A stretch of 64,000 bases of DNA, taken from Rhodospirillales bacterium. Lineage in GTDB: Bacteria; Pseudomonadota; Alphaproteobacteria; Acetobacterales; Acetobacteraceae. Location: the NCBI GenBank assembly GCA_947460455.1, contig CANHKG010000002.1, positions 2,004 to 66,003 on the forward strand, in the 5' to 3' direction. Below, one piece after another: positions 1-9,160 of the stretch. A program made the translations under genes and the position numbers. The notes below the pieces were generated by a model that had not been told where the DNA came from, did no database searches, and saw only the letters and a list, made by a program, of their open reading frames with translations. Position 1 is the first letter of the stretch; each line of letters opens with the position of its first letter.

Positions 1-261
1 CGGGTGGCGCCGCCGGGGGAGCGGTTCGCGCTGGCGATCGAGTCTGCCGATGATGCGGGGCCGTTGCTGTATGCGGCGTTCACCGGGCGGCGGGGTGTGC
101 TGGGCGATGCCGGGTTGGCGCGGGCGCTGCTGGGGCATGGGTTGCAGGCGATGCGGGTGGTGGGCGGCATCCATTGGGAGGCGCTGAAGCTGTGGCTGAA
201 GGGGATGCGGTTGCGGCCGCGCCCGGCGCCGCCTTCGGAGCCGGTGACGGTAGGGCGATGA
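1..261 (+). CDS. DUF1365-family protein, C-terminal fragment (5' end outside window)
   Basis: Frame-1 ORF is open at the window edge. The tail ..VVGGIHWEALKLWLKGMRL.. resembles DUF1365 proteins of cfa-type clusters. Its stop overlaps the next start (ATGA at 258-261). Confidence 0.55.
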   Translation, partial: RVAPPGERFALAIESADDAGPLLYAAFTGRRGVLGDAGLARALLGHGLQAMRVVGGIHWEALKLWLKGMRLRPRPAPPSEPVTVGR

Positions 262-647
262 TCAGGCTTTGGGTGACGACGGCGCTGGTGCTGCTGCCGA
301 TCGATGCGGTGTGGCTGACGTTGGCGGCGCAGCCGTTCTATCGGGTGCATATCGGGCATTTGCTGGCGCCGGATTTCGCGGTGGCGCCGGCGGTGGCGTT
401 CTACCTGTTGTATGTGACGGGGATTGTGGCGCTGGCGCAGCGCGGGGCGGCGGATTGGCGCGAGGCGGGGTTGCGCGGGGCGATGCTGGGGCTGGTGGCC
501 TATGGCACCTATGACCTGACCAACCAGGCAACGCTGCTGGGGTGGCCCACGATTGTGACGGTGGTGGACCTGGTATGGGGCACGTTCCTGACCGCCACCG
601 GCGCTGCGCTGGGATATATGCTGTCAGGCCGGAAGCGGGCCGTTTGA
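258..647 (+). CDS. DUF2177-like small integral membrane protein
   Basis: 129 aa and strongly hydrophobic, with about 4 TM segments (LWVTTALVLLPIDAVWLTL.., AVAFYLLYVTGIVALA..). ATG at 258 is coupled to the upstream stop. High GC3. Confidence 0.6.
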   Translation: MIRLWVTTALVLLPIDAVWLTLAAQPFYRVHIGHLLAPDFAVAPAVAFYLLYVTGIVALAQRGAADWREAGLRGAMLGLVAYGTYDLTNQATLLGWPTIVTVVDLVWGTFLTATGAALGYMLSGRKRAV

Positions 648-682
648 CGCGGAGAAGCACCGCCTCTCCGCATCAAATTATT

Positions 683-719
683 GAAGTCTTTTTGCTTCTT
701 TTTCTTCAGAAAAAGAAGA
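683..719. repeat. Low-GC palindromic repeat element, copy 1 (hairpin 695-704/709-718); likely bidirectional terminator between convergent genes
   Basis: The sequence gaagtctttttgcttctttttcttcagaaaaagaaga contains a perfect 10-bp stem with a 4-nt loop. Its reverse complement recurs at 5946-5981 with 36 of 37 nt identical. Confidence 0.7.
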
Positions 720-722
720 CCC

Positions 723-1631
723 TTACTTCCTCGTCAGCCACTTCTTGCTGATCCGGCATCCCACGGTATAGGCCGGGTTGAACACGTTGCCGATATCGTA
801 GCTGACGGTCTGGCCCATGAGGTGCGAGGCGGCGCGGGGGGCAAGCCCGTAGTCCTCCCCGAGCCAGCGCATCATTTCCGTGGTGGCGTGTTGCAGGGCC
901 TGGTCGAGCGGGCGGGCGTTGCCGACGGTGAAGATGTCGTCTTCGGTTTCGCCGCGCGGCCAGGTGATGGTGCGCTTGAGGACCTGGAAAGTGACTTCCA
1001 TTTCGAACGAGGTTTCGATGCCGGTGCCGGTGATTTCACCGTCGCCTTGGCAGGCGTGGCCGTCGCCCAGGTAGAACAGGGCGCCGGGCTGGAAGACGGG
1101 CAGCCAGGCGGTGGTGCCGGGGCGGAACAGGCGGTAGTCCATGTTGCCGCCGTGGTTGGCGCTGGTGGCCGTCGAGATGGCCTGGCCGCGGGCGGGGGCG
1201 GTGCCGAAGCAGCCGATCATGGGCTGGATGGGCGGGGCGAAGTTTTCCAGGCCCTTTGCCGGTTCCCGCAGGTGGACGGTGCCGGCGTTGTTGTCGATCA
1301 CCCAGACGGAGCGTTCGTTGGCCGGGCGCTCGGGGATGGCGGCGGGATCGAGCACCGTCAGTGCCAGGGGGGAGTAGGTCCAGCCGGTGGCGCGGCTGGG
1401 GGTGAGGCGGTTGATGTGGACGGCCAGGGTATCGCCGGGTTCGGCGCCTTCGATGAAGAACGGGCCGGTCATGGGGTTGCCGCGTTCCCAGGCCTGGGCC
1501 TCGTTGGCGTCCAGGCCCGAGGCGTCGATGGTGGCGGCGATGAGCGTGTCGCCGTTGGCGAGGCGGAGCACCGGGTCTGCGGTGCCGATGACGGTGTGGT
1601 AGCGCGTGGGCTGGAAGCGGTGCGTGGCCAT
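723..1631 (-). CDS. Acetamidase/formamidase family protein
   Basis: 302 aa. Motifs ..GNPMTGPFFIEGAEPGDTL.., ..GGNMDYR.., ..YLGDGHACQGDGEI.. are typical of the FmdA/AmdA family. Confidence 0.85.
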   Translation of the reverse strand: MATHRFQPTRYHTVIGTADPVLRLANGDTLIAATIDASGLDANEAQAWERGNPMTGPFFIEGAEPGDTLAVHINRLTPSRATGWTYSPLALTVLDPAAIPERPANERSVWVIDNNAGTVHLREPAKGLENFAPPIQPMIGCFGTAPARGQAISTATSANHGGNMDYRLFRPGTTAWLPVFQPGALFYLGDGHACQGDGEITGTGIETSFEMEVTFQVLKRTITWPRGETEDDIFTVGNARPLDQALQHATTEMMRWLGEDYGLAPRAASHLMGQTVSYDIGNVFNPAYTVGCRISKKWLTRK

Positions 1632-1703
1632 CGGTGGTTCCCTGGGGTGCTGAGGCGGGAACGATAGCGGGGCCGGGCGTGGCTGCGAAGCGGTGGCGGG
1701 GGG

Positions 1704-2537
1704 TTATCCGAGCGCCTGGTTGACCAAGGCGAAGCTGCGCGTGGTGCCTGGCGCGGGTGGGGTGCCGCGGACCATGCGCAGGGCTTCGTCTACCACTGGC
1801 AGGCCGTGGGCGGTGAGCAGGGGGGCGAGGGCGGGGTCGGTGATGTCGATGCGGACGAAGGCGCCGGCGCGGGCGGTGAGGTAGTGGGCGATGAGGGCCC
1901 AGGCGCTGGCGGCATCGGGGGCGGCGACGGGGCCGATGACCTCGCCGCGGCCGAAGGGGCGCAGCATGGCGAAGCCTTCCGGCGTGCCGTTGCGTTCGAG
2001 GAGGATGGCCTGGCCCTGGGCGAGGATGGCGGACAGGGCGCGGGTGCGGTCCATGCCGGTGGCGGTGGTGTCGAGCGCGGCCAGGGCGGGGAGGTCGTGT
2101 GCGGTGGCGGGGCGCAGGGTTTGGCCGGGGGCGAGCGGGGCGGGGGGCGGGGCGATGGCGGGGCCCTGGTGCTGGTGGATGATGCCGGCGGGGGTGAAGC
2201 CGAGGCGGAGGTAGAGGGCCTGGCCGGCCTGGGTGGCGTGGAGTTGCACGGCGCGGGGGCCGAGGGCGGCGAGGGCTGCTTCCATCAGGCGGGCGCCGAG
2301 GCCGCGGCCTTGTTGGTCGTTGGCGACGATGAGCATGCCGAAGCAGCCCCAATCGGGGCCGAAGGGCCAGCTCATGGACGTGCCGAGCAGGCGTTCGCCT
2401 TCCGAGATGGCCCAGCCCTGGCCGAGCCCCAGGGCAAAGCGCCAATCCTGTTCGCGGTGCGGCCAGCGAACGGCCTGGGTGAGGCCGTGGGCCTGGGGGA
2501 GGTCGGCGGGCAGGAGGGGGCGCAGGGGCAGGGGCAT
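1704..2537 (-). CDS. GNAT family N-acetyltransferase
   Basis: The acetyl-CoA motif ..ANDQQGRGLGARLMEAAL.. is present. Start chosen at ATG 2537 (MPLPLRPLL), preceded by GGAGAAAG. Confidence 0.8.
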   Translation of the reverse strand: MPLPLRPLLPADLPQAHGLTQAVRWPHREQDWRFALGLGQGWAISEGERLLGTSMSWPFGPDWGCFGMLIVANDQQGRGLGARLMEAALAALGPRAVQLHATQAGQALYLRLGFTPAGIIHQHQGPAIAPPPAPLAPGQTLRPATAHDLPALAALDTTATGMDRTRALSAILAQGQAILLERNGTPEGFAMLRPFGRGEVIGPVAAPDAASAWALIAHYLTARAGAFVRIDITDPALAPLLTAHGLPVVDEALRMVRGTPPAPGTTRSFALVNQALG

Positions 2538-2679
2538 GATTCTTTCTCCAGGCGTCATATTCACCATTGCCGTGCGCGGCGCAATGTTGCAAACGCCTCG
2601 CAATTGCATTTGTGATGCAGGTCTTTCCCCCTACGCCGGTGGCCCTAGACTGGCCCGGCATGACGACGGAGCGCCCGTG

Positions 2680-3348
2680 ATGACCGCACTGCGGCCCAAG
2701 TATGTGACCTTCGATTGCTACGGCACGCTGACCTGGTTCCAGCCGGGCGAGACGGCGGCGCGGCTGATGGCGGACCGGGTGCCGGCCGAGCGGATGCCGG
2801 CGTTCCTGACCGACTTCATGTGGTACCGCTTCGACGAGGTGCTGGGCGCCTGGCAGCCCTATGTGGATGTGCTGAAGAACTCCCTGGAGCGCACCTGCAA
2901 GAAGCACGGCGTGGTGTTTCGCGAGGCGGATGGGCAGGCGATCTATGATGCGGTGCCGACTTGGGGGCCGCACCCCGATGTGGCGGCGCCGCTGACGCGG
3001 GTGGGGCAGCGCTATCCGCTGGTGGTGCTTTCCAACGCGGCGGACGAGCAGATTCAGCGCAATGTGGATTTGCTGCAGGCGCCGTTCCACAAGGTGTACA
3101 CGGCGCAGCAGGCGCAGGCGTACAAGCCGCGGATGCAGGCCTTTGAATACATGTTCGACATGCTGGGCTGCGCGCCGGAGGAGGTGCTGCATGTGTCCTC
3201 CAGCCTGCGTTACGACCTGATCCCGGCGCATGCGCTGCGGATCGGGCAGCGGCTGTATGTGAACCGGGGCTACGAGGTTTCGGTGCCGTCGTTCGGCTAC
3301 CACGAGACCACCACCATCGAGGGCCTGGCCCAGTTGCTGGGCTGCTGA
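2680..3348 (+). CDS. HAD-superfamily hydrolase (type II haloacid dehalogenase-like)
   Basis: N-terminal ..VTFDCYGTL.. (DxYGT motif), ..VLSNA.. and ..AYKP.. motifs. Start at ATG 2680. Confidence 0.8.
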   Translation: MTALRPKYVTFDCYGTLTWFQPGETAARLMADRVPAERMPAFLTDFMWYRFDEVLGAWQPYVDVLKNSLERTCKKHGVVFREADGQAIYDAVPTWGPHPDVAAPLTRVGQRYPLVVLSNAADEQIQRNVDLLQAPFHKVYTAQQAQAYKPRMQAFEYMFDMLGCAPEEVLHVSSSLRYDLIPAHALRIGQRLYVNRGYEVSVPSFGYHETTTIEGLAQLLGC

Positions 3349-3352
3349 GGCG

Positions 3353-4630
3353 ATGAAGCTCGATTCCTACTGGCTTGATACGTCCACGCGCTTCGCCGGG
3401 GTGGCGCAGGGGCCGGTGGAGGGGCGGGTGGACGTGGCGGTGATCGGCGCCGGATTCACCGGGCTTTCGGCGGCGCTGGCGCTGGCGCGGCGAGGGGCGA
3501 GCGTGGCGGTGCTGGAGGCCGGGCAGGTGGCCGCGGGGGCTTCCGGGCGCAATGGCGGGCATGTGAACAACGGCACGGCGCATGACTATGCCGGGCTCGC
3601 CGACAAGCTGGGCCAGGAGCACGCGCTTTCGCTGTACCGGGCGTTCGACGATGCGGTGGACACGGTGGAACGCATCGTGCGGGAGGAGCAGATTGCCTGC
3701 GACTTCCGGCGCAGCGGCAAGATCAAGCTGGCGGCCAAGCCGGCGCATTACGAGAACATCGCGCGCGGGTTCGAGCGGTTGAACCGGGAATGCGACCCGG
3801 AGACGGAGCTGCTGCCGCGCGCACGGGTGCGGGAGGAAATCGGCTCTGACGCGTTCCACGGAGCGTTGCTGTATCGCAAGAGTGCGATGATGCACATGGG
3901 CAAGTTCGGTGCCGGGATTGCCGATGCGGCGACGCGGGCGGGGGCGCGGATTTTCGAGCAGGCGGGGGTGACGGGGCTGACCCGGCTGGCGGGTGCGGCG
4001 CATCGCGTGACGACGGCGCGCGGCACGTTGGAGGCCGGGCAGGTGCTGGTGGCCACCGGGCCGAGCCGGGAAGGGCCGTTCGCCTGGTTCCGCCGGCGGG
4101 TGGTGCCGGTGGGCAGCTTCATCGTGGTGACGGAGAAGCTGAGCCCGGCGCAGCTCGACAGCATCATGCCGACGCGGCGGACGGCGACGACGACGCAGCA
4201 TATCGGCAACTACTTCCGCATCTCGCCCGACGACCGGCTGATCTGGGGTGGGCGGGCGCGGTTCGCTTTTTCCAACCCCACCGAGGATTCGCGCAGTGGC
4301 GAGGTGCTGCGGGAGCAATTGATGGCGGTGTTTCCGCAATTGGCCGGGGTGCGGTTCGACTATTGCTGGGGCGGGCTGGTGGATATCACCGAGGACCGGC
4401 TGCCGCGGGCGGGCGAGCACGACGGGCTGTTCTACGCCATGGGGCTTTCGGGGCACGGGGCGCAGATGTCGGTGCATCTGGGCCAGCAGATGGCGCGCGT
4501 GATGGGCGGGGAGGCGGAGGCCAATCCGTTCCGCAAGCTGCCGTGGCGGGCCTTGCCGTTCAACTGGGGCACGCCGTGGTTCCTGCCGCTGGTGGGTGCC
4601 TATTACCGCTACAAGGACCGGGTGGGATGA
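3353..4630 (+). CDS. FAD-dependent oxidoreductase (DAO family, PuuB/amine-oxidoreductase-like)
   Basis: 425 aa with the N-terminal dinucleotide fold VDVAVIGAGFTGLSAALALARRG. Typical DAO length. Confidence 0.85.
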   Translation: MKLDSYWLDTSTRFAGVAQGPVEGRVDVAVIGAGFTGLSAALALARRGASVAVLEAGQVAAGASGRNGGHVNNGTAHDYAGLADKLGQEHALSLYRAFDDAVDTVERIVREEQIACDFRRSGKIKLAAKPAHYENIARGFERLNRECDPETELLPRARVREEIGSDAFHGALLYRKSAMMHMGKFGAGIADAATRAGARIFEQAGVTGLTRLAGAAHRVTTARGTLEAGQVLVATGPSREGPFAWFRRRVVPVGSFIVVTEKLSPAQLDSIMPTRRTATTTQHIGNYFRISPDDRLIWGGRARFAFSNPTEDSRSGEVLREQLMAVFPQLAGVRFDYCWGGLVDITEDRLPRAGEHDGLFYAMGLSGHGAQMSVHLGQQMARVMGGEAEANPFRKLPWRALPFNWGTPWFLPLVGAYYRYKDRVG

Positions 4631-5937
4631 GCGCGCTGCCGGGGCATTGGGTTGATCCCGTTGAGGGCGATGCGCGCCCGCCGGCTTCGGCCGATGTGGT
4701 GGTGATCGGGGCGGGAATCGCGGGGACGGCGGCGGCCTATACGCTGGCCAAGGCCGGGCATTCCGTGGCGCTGCTGGAGAAGGGTGTTGTCGCCGGCGAG
4801 CAATCCAGCCGCAACTGGGGCTGGTGCCGGCTGATGAGCCGCGATGAGCGTGAGATTCCGCTGATGCAGCGGGCGCATGCGCTGTGGGACCAGTGGCCGG
4901 GCGAGACCGGGCAGGAGATGGGGTTCCGGCGCAACGGGCTGCTCTACGTGACGAAAGACCCCAAGGAACTGGCGGGCTGGGAAGCCTGGGCCGAGATGGC
5001 GCGGCCGTATCAGGCGCCGGTGCGGATCATCGGGGCGGAGGAGGCGCGGCGCCTGGCGCCGGGGGTGCCGCAGGAGTGGATCGGTGGCGTGGTCTCGCCG
5101 CAGGATGGGCGCGCGGAGCCGGGTTTGGCGGCACCGGCCATTGCGCGGGCGGCGCGGGCGCTGGGGGCTTCCGTGGTGCAGAACTGCGCGGTGCGCGGGC
5201 TGGATACCACCGGGGGGCGGATCAGCGGGGTTTTCACCGAGCATGGGTTGGTGAAGACGAATGCGGTGATCCTGGCCGGGGGGGCGTGGTCTTCCATGTT
5301 CCTGCGGCGGCACGGGATCGACCTGCCGCAGAGCTCCGTACATTCCACGGTGTTCGCCACCACGCCGGCGAAGCAGGTGGTGGAGGGTGGGTTCTATTCC
5401 GCCGATCTGTGCCTGACGCCGCTGCTGGATGGCGGCTACATCGTGGCGGCGAAGGCGCGCACGCGCATCGAGATCACGCCGGCGGCGATCCGCTATGCGG
5501 CGCGATTCGGGCGATCATTGCTGGCCAACCGCAAGGTGGTGGAACTGCGCATGGGGCGCTCCTTCTTCGAAGGGCCAGACACGATCCATCGCAAATGGCG
5601 CTTCGATCGGGAGACGGTGTTTGAGCGCATCCGCGTGCTGAACGCCAAGCCCAACCTGGCGCTGGTGGAGCCGGCGCTGCGCGATATCGTGGCGGCGTGC
5701 CCGGAGCTGGAAGGCATCCAGGCGGCGCGGGTCTGGGCCGGATGGATCGATCTTACGCCCGATGTGGTGCCGGTGATCGATAACCTAGCGGCACTGCCGG
5801 GGCTGACGGTGGCCACGGGGCTGTCCGGGCATGGGTTCGGAATCGGGCCGGCGATCGGGGAGTTGGCGGCGCAGCTGGCGACGGGGGCGACGCCTTTGGT
5901 GGATCCCGGGGCGTTTCGGTTGGCGCGGTTTCAGTAA
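4627..5937 (+). CDS. FAD-dependent oxidoreductase (DAO family), second copy
   Basis: Start ATG 4627 overlaps the upstream stop (ATGA). Dinucleotide fold ADVVVIGAGIAGTAAAYTLAKAG. Confidence 0.85.
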   Translation: MSALPGHWVDPVEGDARPPASADVVVIGAGIAGTAAAYTLAKAGHSVALLEKGVVAGEQSSRNWGWCRLMSRDEREIPLMQRAHALWDQWPGETGQEMGFRRNGLLYVTKDPKELAGWEAWAEMARPYQAPVRIIGAEEARRLAPGVPQEWIGGVVSPQDGRAEPGLAAPAIARAARALGASVVQNCAVRGLDTTGGRISGVFTEHGLVKTNAVILAGGAWSSMFLRRHGIDLPQSSVHSTVFATTPAKQVVEGGFYSADLCLTPLLDGGYIVAAKARTRIEITPAAIRYAARFGRSLLANRKVVELRMGRSFFEGPDTIHRKWRFDRETVFERIRVLNAKPNLALVEPALRDIVAACPELEGIQAARVWAGWIDLTPDVVPVIDNLAALPGLTVATGLSGHGFGIGPAIGELAAQLATGATPLVDPGAFRLARFQ

Positions 5938-5945
5938 GCAAGGAT

Positions 5946-5981
5946 TCTTCTTTTTCTGAAGAAAAAGAAGCAAAAAGACTT
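5946..5981. repeat. Low-GC palindromic repeat element, copy 2 (inverted relative to copy 1)
   Basis: The sequence tcttctttttctgaagaaaaagaagcaaaaagactt is the reverse complement of 683-718. It lies just after the stop of the second FAD oxidoreductase. Confidence 0.7.
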
Positions 5982-6040
5982 TTATGAACTTGCGCCCGAT
6001 TTCCATGGAGAGGCGGGTGCAAGGTCGGAAAAGTTTTTTG

Positions 6041-6062
6041 GTTCTTTTTTTCAAAAAAGAAC
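6041..6062. repeat. Related A/T palindrome (gttctttttttcaaaaaagaac)
   Basis: Near-perfect 22-nt palindrome about 60 nt from repeat copy 2, in the same low-GC spacer upstream of the dienelactone hydrolase gene. Confidence 0.5.
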
Positions 6063-6137
6063 ATGCTTGCTTTCTCAGGGCGTTGCGCGTGGCGGCGGGC
6101 GGGCGAATACTCCCTTTGCAAAATGGGAGGGCGAACC

Positions 6138-6887
6138 ATGGCATTCTATCGGGGCATGACCTGCGAGAACGTGACGCTGACGGGGCATGGCGGGACGGCG
6201 ATCACCGCCTATGTCGCCAAGCCGGAGGGGGCGGGGCCGTTTCCGGGCGTGGTGTTGATCCATCACCTGCCGGGTTGGAGCGAATACTACATCGAGACGA
6301 CGCGGCGGTTCGCGCACCATGGCTACATCGCGATCTGCGCGAACCTGTACGAGCGTGCGGGCGAGGGCCATCCGGACGACGTGGCGGCGAAGGTGCGGGC
6401 GGAGGGTGGCATTCCCGATGCGCAGATGGTGGGCGACACGGCGGCGGCGGTGGCGTGGATGCGGGCGCAGCCGGCGCTGAACGGCAAGGTGGGGCTGATC
6501 GGCTCCTGCTCCGGCGGGCGGCACGCGATGATCTATGCGGCGCAGCGGCATGACGTGGATGCGGTGGTGGACCAGTGGGGCGGGCGCGTGGTGATGGCGC
6601 CCGAGGAACTGAACGCCAAGACCCCTGTGGCGCCGATCGACATGACGGGGGATATCCAGTGCCCGGTGCTGGGCCTGTTCGGCAATGACGACCGCGCGCC
6701 GAGCCCGGAGCAGGTGAACCTGCATGAGGAAGCGCTGAAGAAGCACGGCAAGACCTATGAGTTCCATCGCTACGATGGGGCGGGGCATGGGTTCAACTAC
6801 TGGCATCGGCCATTGTATCGGCCGGAGCAGGCGATGGATGCGTGGGGCAAGACCTGGGCGTTCTTCAAGAAATATCTGGGGGGCTAG
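6138..6887 (+). CDS. Dienelactone hydrolase family protein
   Basis: 249 aa. Nucleophile region ..GLIGSCSGGRHA.. (Cys-type DLH) and ..HRYDGAGHGF.. Start ATG 6138 follows GGGAGGG. Confidence 0.85.
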   Translation: MAFYRGMTCENVTLTGHGGTAITAYVAKPEGAGPFPGVVLIHHLPGWSEYYIETTRRFAHHGYIAICANLYERAGEGHPDDVAAKVRAEGGIPDAQMVGDTAAAVAWMRAQPALNGKVGLIGSCSGGRHAMIYAAQRHDVDAVVDQWGGRVVMAPEELNAKTPVAPIDMTGDIQCPVLGLFGNDDRAPSPEQVNLHEEALKKHGKTYEFHRYDGAGHGFNYWHRPLYRPEQAMDAWGKTWAFFKKYLGG

Positions 6888-6891
6888 GCCC

Positions 6892-7188
6892 GTGTGCACC
6901 TCCATCGTGGAGATCACCGTGGCCGAGGGCATGGCGCGGCGGGACGAGGGCTGGTTCCCGCTGGCGCAGGCGGTGGTGACCTATGACCATGCGCGGCATG
7001 CGCCGTTGGGCGATGTGATCGCGCTGGATTTCCTCAACCCCGCGCTGGGACCTTCGGCGCGGGCGGGGGTGGAGCTGACGCTGGAGTCTGCGATCGCGCT
7101 GCGCGATGCGCTGGAGCGGGCGATCGCGGCGGCGGAGTTCGAGGAGGCCGAGGTGCGCGGCAAGGGTGCCTTGGAGCGGGCGGCCTAG
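6892..7188 (+). CDS. Small conserved hypothetical protein (DUF6295-like, from memory)
   Basis: GTG start 4 nt after the upstream stop. High GC3. (M)CTSIVEITVAEG..GWFPLAQAVVTYDHARHAP.. resembles the MCT..GWF..V.FDH..HAP pattern I recall for DUF6295. Confidence 0.5.
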   Translation: MCTSIVEITVAEGMARRDEGWFPLAQAVVTYDHARHAPLGDVIALDFLNPALGPSARAGVELTLESAIALRDALERAIAAAEFEEAEVRGKGALERAA

Positions 7189-8235
7189 CTACTCCGCGGC
7201 CTGGAGGCGGCCGTCGCGCATGGTCCAGCCGCGGGGCAGGATGCCGTCGCGCCGGCTCCAGCCGGAGTGGGGATCGTGGTCGAGCTGGACGGGGTCCAGC
7301 TTGCGCCAGCCGTGCAGCTTGATCCACAGGCGGAGCATGTGGCGTTCCTGCCCTGGCGCAGGGTTGTCCAGATATTCCGTGCGCGAGTGCATGACGGTGT
7401 AGTTGTTCACCCACTGCATGTCGCCGGGTTCCAGCATCATGGAGAACTTCACGTCCTCGCGCATGGAGATGCTGTCGAAGAAATCGAGCGCGGCCAGTTC
7501 TTCCTCGGTGAACTGCATGCCGAGCTTGGGGCGGGCGGTCTTGATGGCCTGGCGGACGTAGCGCACGGAGATGTCGCCATCCACGTCGCTGAAGATCGGC
7601 AGCTTGTCGGAGACGGGCTGCTGGAAGGGGGTTTCCTCGCCGCGGCGGTCGAACTCGAAGCCGCGCAGGAGGAGGGGGAGGTATTCCGGGTGTTCGGCGA
7701 GCACCGTGTTGTAGATGGTGTGCGCGCTGGAGATGGAGGAGAGGCCGCCCTCCTTCGCGCGGCGCAGGCACATGAGGCCGAGCAGGTCGCCTGAATCGGT
7801 GTGGAATTTCAGCTCGTGGTTGGTCTGGTAACCACGGACGTTCAGCGCCTCGTAGTCCTTGCCCTGGTTGAAGACGTGGCCGAGCTTGTCGCCGCTTGCG
7901 TTCTGGGAGACGCCCTGGCCGAGATGCTGGCCAAGGCCCCAGACGATCATCGCCGCCTCGGCATCCGAGTATTTCGTGATCGGCAGGCCGCGCATGACGT
8001 TGAAGCCGCGGCCCTGGCAGACCTCGCCCCACATGCGGCGGGCGAGTTCCGGGGCGAGGGTGGGCAGCGGGAAATCGTCGCGCGCCATGGTGTCGATGGT
8101 GGCGCCGATGCGGCGGAGGTTGACCACGGCGGTGTCGATCTCGTCGGTCCAGCGCGGCGTGAGCTCGAACAGCCAGGAGGTGTCGGCCTCCACGTCGGCG
8201 CGGTTCCAGGCGCTGCGGCCGGTGATCGGCTTCAT
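7189..8235 (-). CDS. TauD/TfdA-family Fe(II)/2-oxoglutarate dioxygenase
   Basis: ..LKFHTDSGD.. (HxD facial triad), ..NYTVMHSRTEY.., ..RHMLRLW.. Start ATG 8235 (MKPITGRS) follows GGGGAG. Confidence 0.85.
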   Translation of the reverse strand: MKPITGRSAWNRADVEADTSWLFELTPRWTDEIDTAVVNLRRIGATIDTMARDDFPLPTLAPELARRMWGEVCQGRGFNVMRGLPITKYSDAEAAMIVWGLGQHLGQGVSQNASGDKLGHVFNQGKDYEALNVRGYQTNHELKFHTDSGDLLGLMCLRRAKEGGLSSISSAHTIYNTVLAEHPEYLPLLLRGFEFDRRGEETPFQQPVSDKLPIFSDVDGDISVRYVRQAIKTARPKLGMQFTEEELAALDFFDSISMREDVKFSMMLEPGDMQWVNNYTVMHSRTEYLDNPAPGQERHMLRLWIKLHGWRKLDPVQLDHDPHSGWSRRDGILPRGWTMRDGRLQAAE

Positions 8236-8252
8236 GGCGGGCTCCCCGGTGT

Positions 8253-8269
8253 GTTCCATATGTTGGAAC
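8253..8269. promoter_or_regulatory. Palindromic operator candidate GTTCCA-TATGT-TGGAAC
   Basis: Perfect 6-5-6 inverted repeat between the iclR stop and the tauD-like start. A near-identical site lies at 9131-9147. Confidence 0.55.
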
Positions 8270-8327
8270 AATGGTTCGTGATGCGGAAAGCGTATGGGGT
8301 GGGGCCGGGTGGGTCAAGCCGTGGGGA

Positions 8328-9077
8328 TCAGGGGGCGGGGGCGCCGAGCAGGCGGGAGACCTTTTCTGCGGTGGCGGCGACGAGGGGGGCGAGGGTTTTC
8401 ACGCGGGCCGGCTTGAGGCGCTCGGCGGGGCCGGAGAGGCCGATGGCGGCGACGACGCGGCCATGGGCGCCGCGGATCGGGGCGGCGATGGAGTTGATGC
8501 CCGGGCGGAATTCGGCCCGCGTGGTGGCGAAGCCCAGGCGGCGGATCTGGGCCAGGCGGGTGGCCAGGGCCGTGGGGTCGGTGATTGTGGCCGGGGTGTG
8601 GGGTTTCATCTCTGCCAGGGCCTGGGCGAGGGTTTCCTCGGGCGCGTGGGCGAGCAGGGCAAGGCCGGTGCCGGTGCAGTGGGCGGGGTGGCGGTCGCCG
8701 ATACGGTTGTAGCTGCGGATGTAGGTGTCGGTCTCGACCCGGTCGATATAGACCATGAAGGGGCCGTCGAGCACGGAGAGGTTGGCGGTTTCCTGGGTTT
8801 CCGCGACCAGCCGGGCGAGGTGGGGGGCGGCGATGGATTTCACATCCAGCCGGGCGACGATGCGCGCGCCGAGGCGCCAGAGCTTGAGGCTGGAGGCGTA
8901 GCTGCCGCGCGGCTGGGTGGGCTCGGCATAGCCGGTGGCAACCAGGGCGGTGAGCAGGCGGTGGGCGTTGCTTTTGGTGATGCCCATGCGCCCGGCGAGC
9001 GCGGTGACGCCGAGCGGGGCCTCGCTTTCGGCGAGGATCTCCAGGGCCAGGAGGCCTTTGCCGAGGCTTTTGTCCAT
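8328..9077 (-). CDS. IclR-family transcriptional regulator
   Basis: N-terminal wHTH ..LGKGLLALEILAESEAPLGVTALAGRMGITKSNAHRLLTAL.. and a C-terminal IclR effector domain. Start ATG 9077 (MDKSLGKG). Confidence 0.85.
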   Translation of the reverse strand: MDKSLGKGLLALEILAESEAPLGVTALAGRMGITKSNAHRLLTALVATGYAEPTQPRGSYASSLKLWRLGARIVARLDVKSIAAPHLARLVAETQETANLSVLDGPFMVYIDRVETDTYIRSYNRIGDRHPAHCTGTGLALLAHAPEETLAQALAEMKPHTPATITDPTALATRLAQIRRLGFATTRAEFRPGINSIAAPIRGAHGRVVAAIGLSGPAERLKPARVKTLAPLVAATAEKVSRLLGAPAP

Positions 9078-9130
9078 GAGTGGGGTCCGGCGTGACAGGG
9101 TGGCGGCAGCGTGCCACAGTTTTGCACGGT

Positions 9131-9147
9131 TTTCCATATTGTGGAAC
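9131..9147. promoter_or_regulatory. Palindromic operator candidate TTTCCA-TATTG-TGGAAC
   Basis: Lies in the divergent iclR/amidase spacer. It shares TTCCATAT..TGGAAC with the 8253-8269 site. Confidence 0.55.
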
Positions 9148-9160
9148 GGAGCGGGCGGCG

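Noticed and set aside
1036-3303. 755-aa minus-strand ORF spanning the formamidase, GNAT and HAD region
   Set aside because: The translation is Arg/Pro/His-rich low complexity, typical of an off-frame read of high-GC DNA. It overlaps three genes with clear family motifs in other frames.
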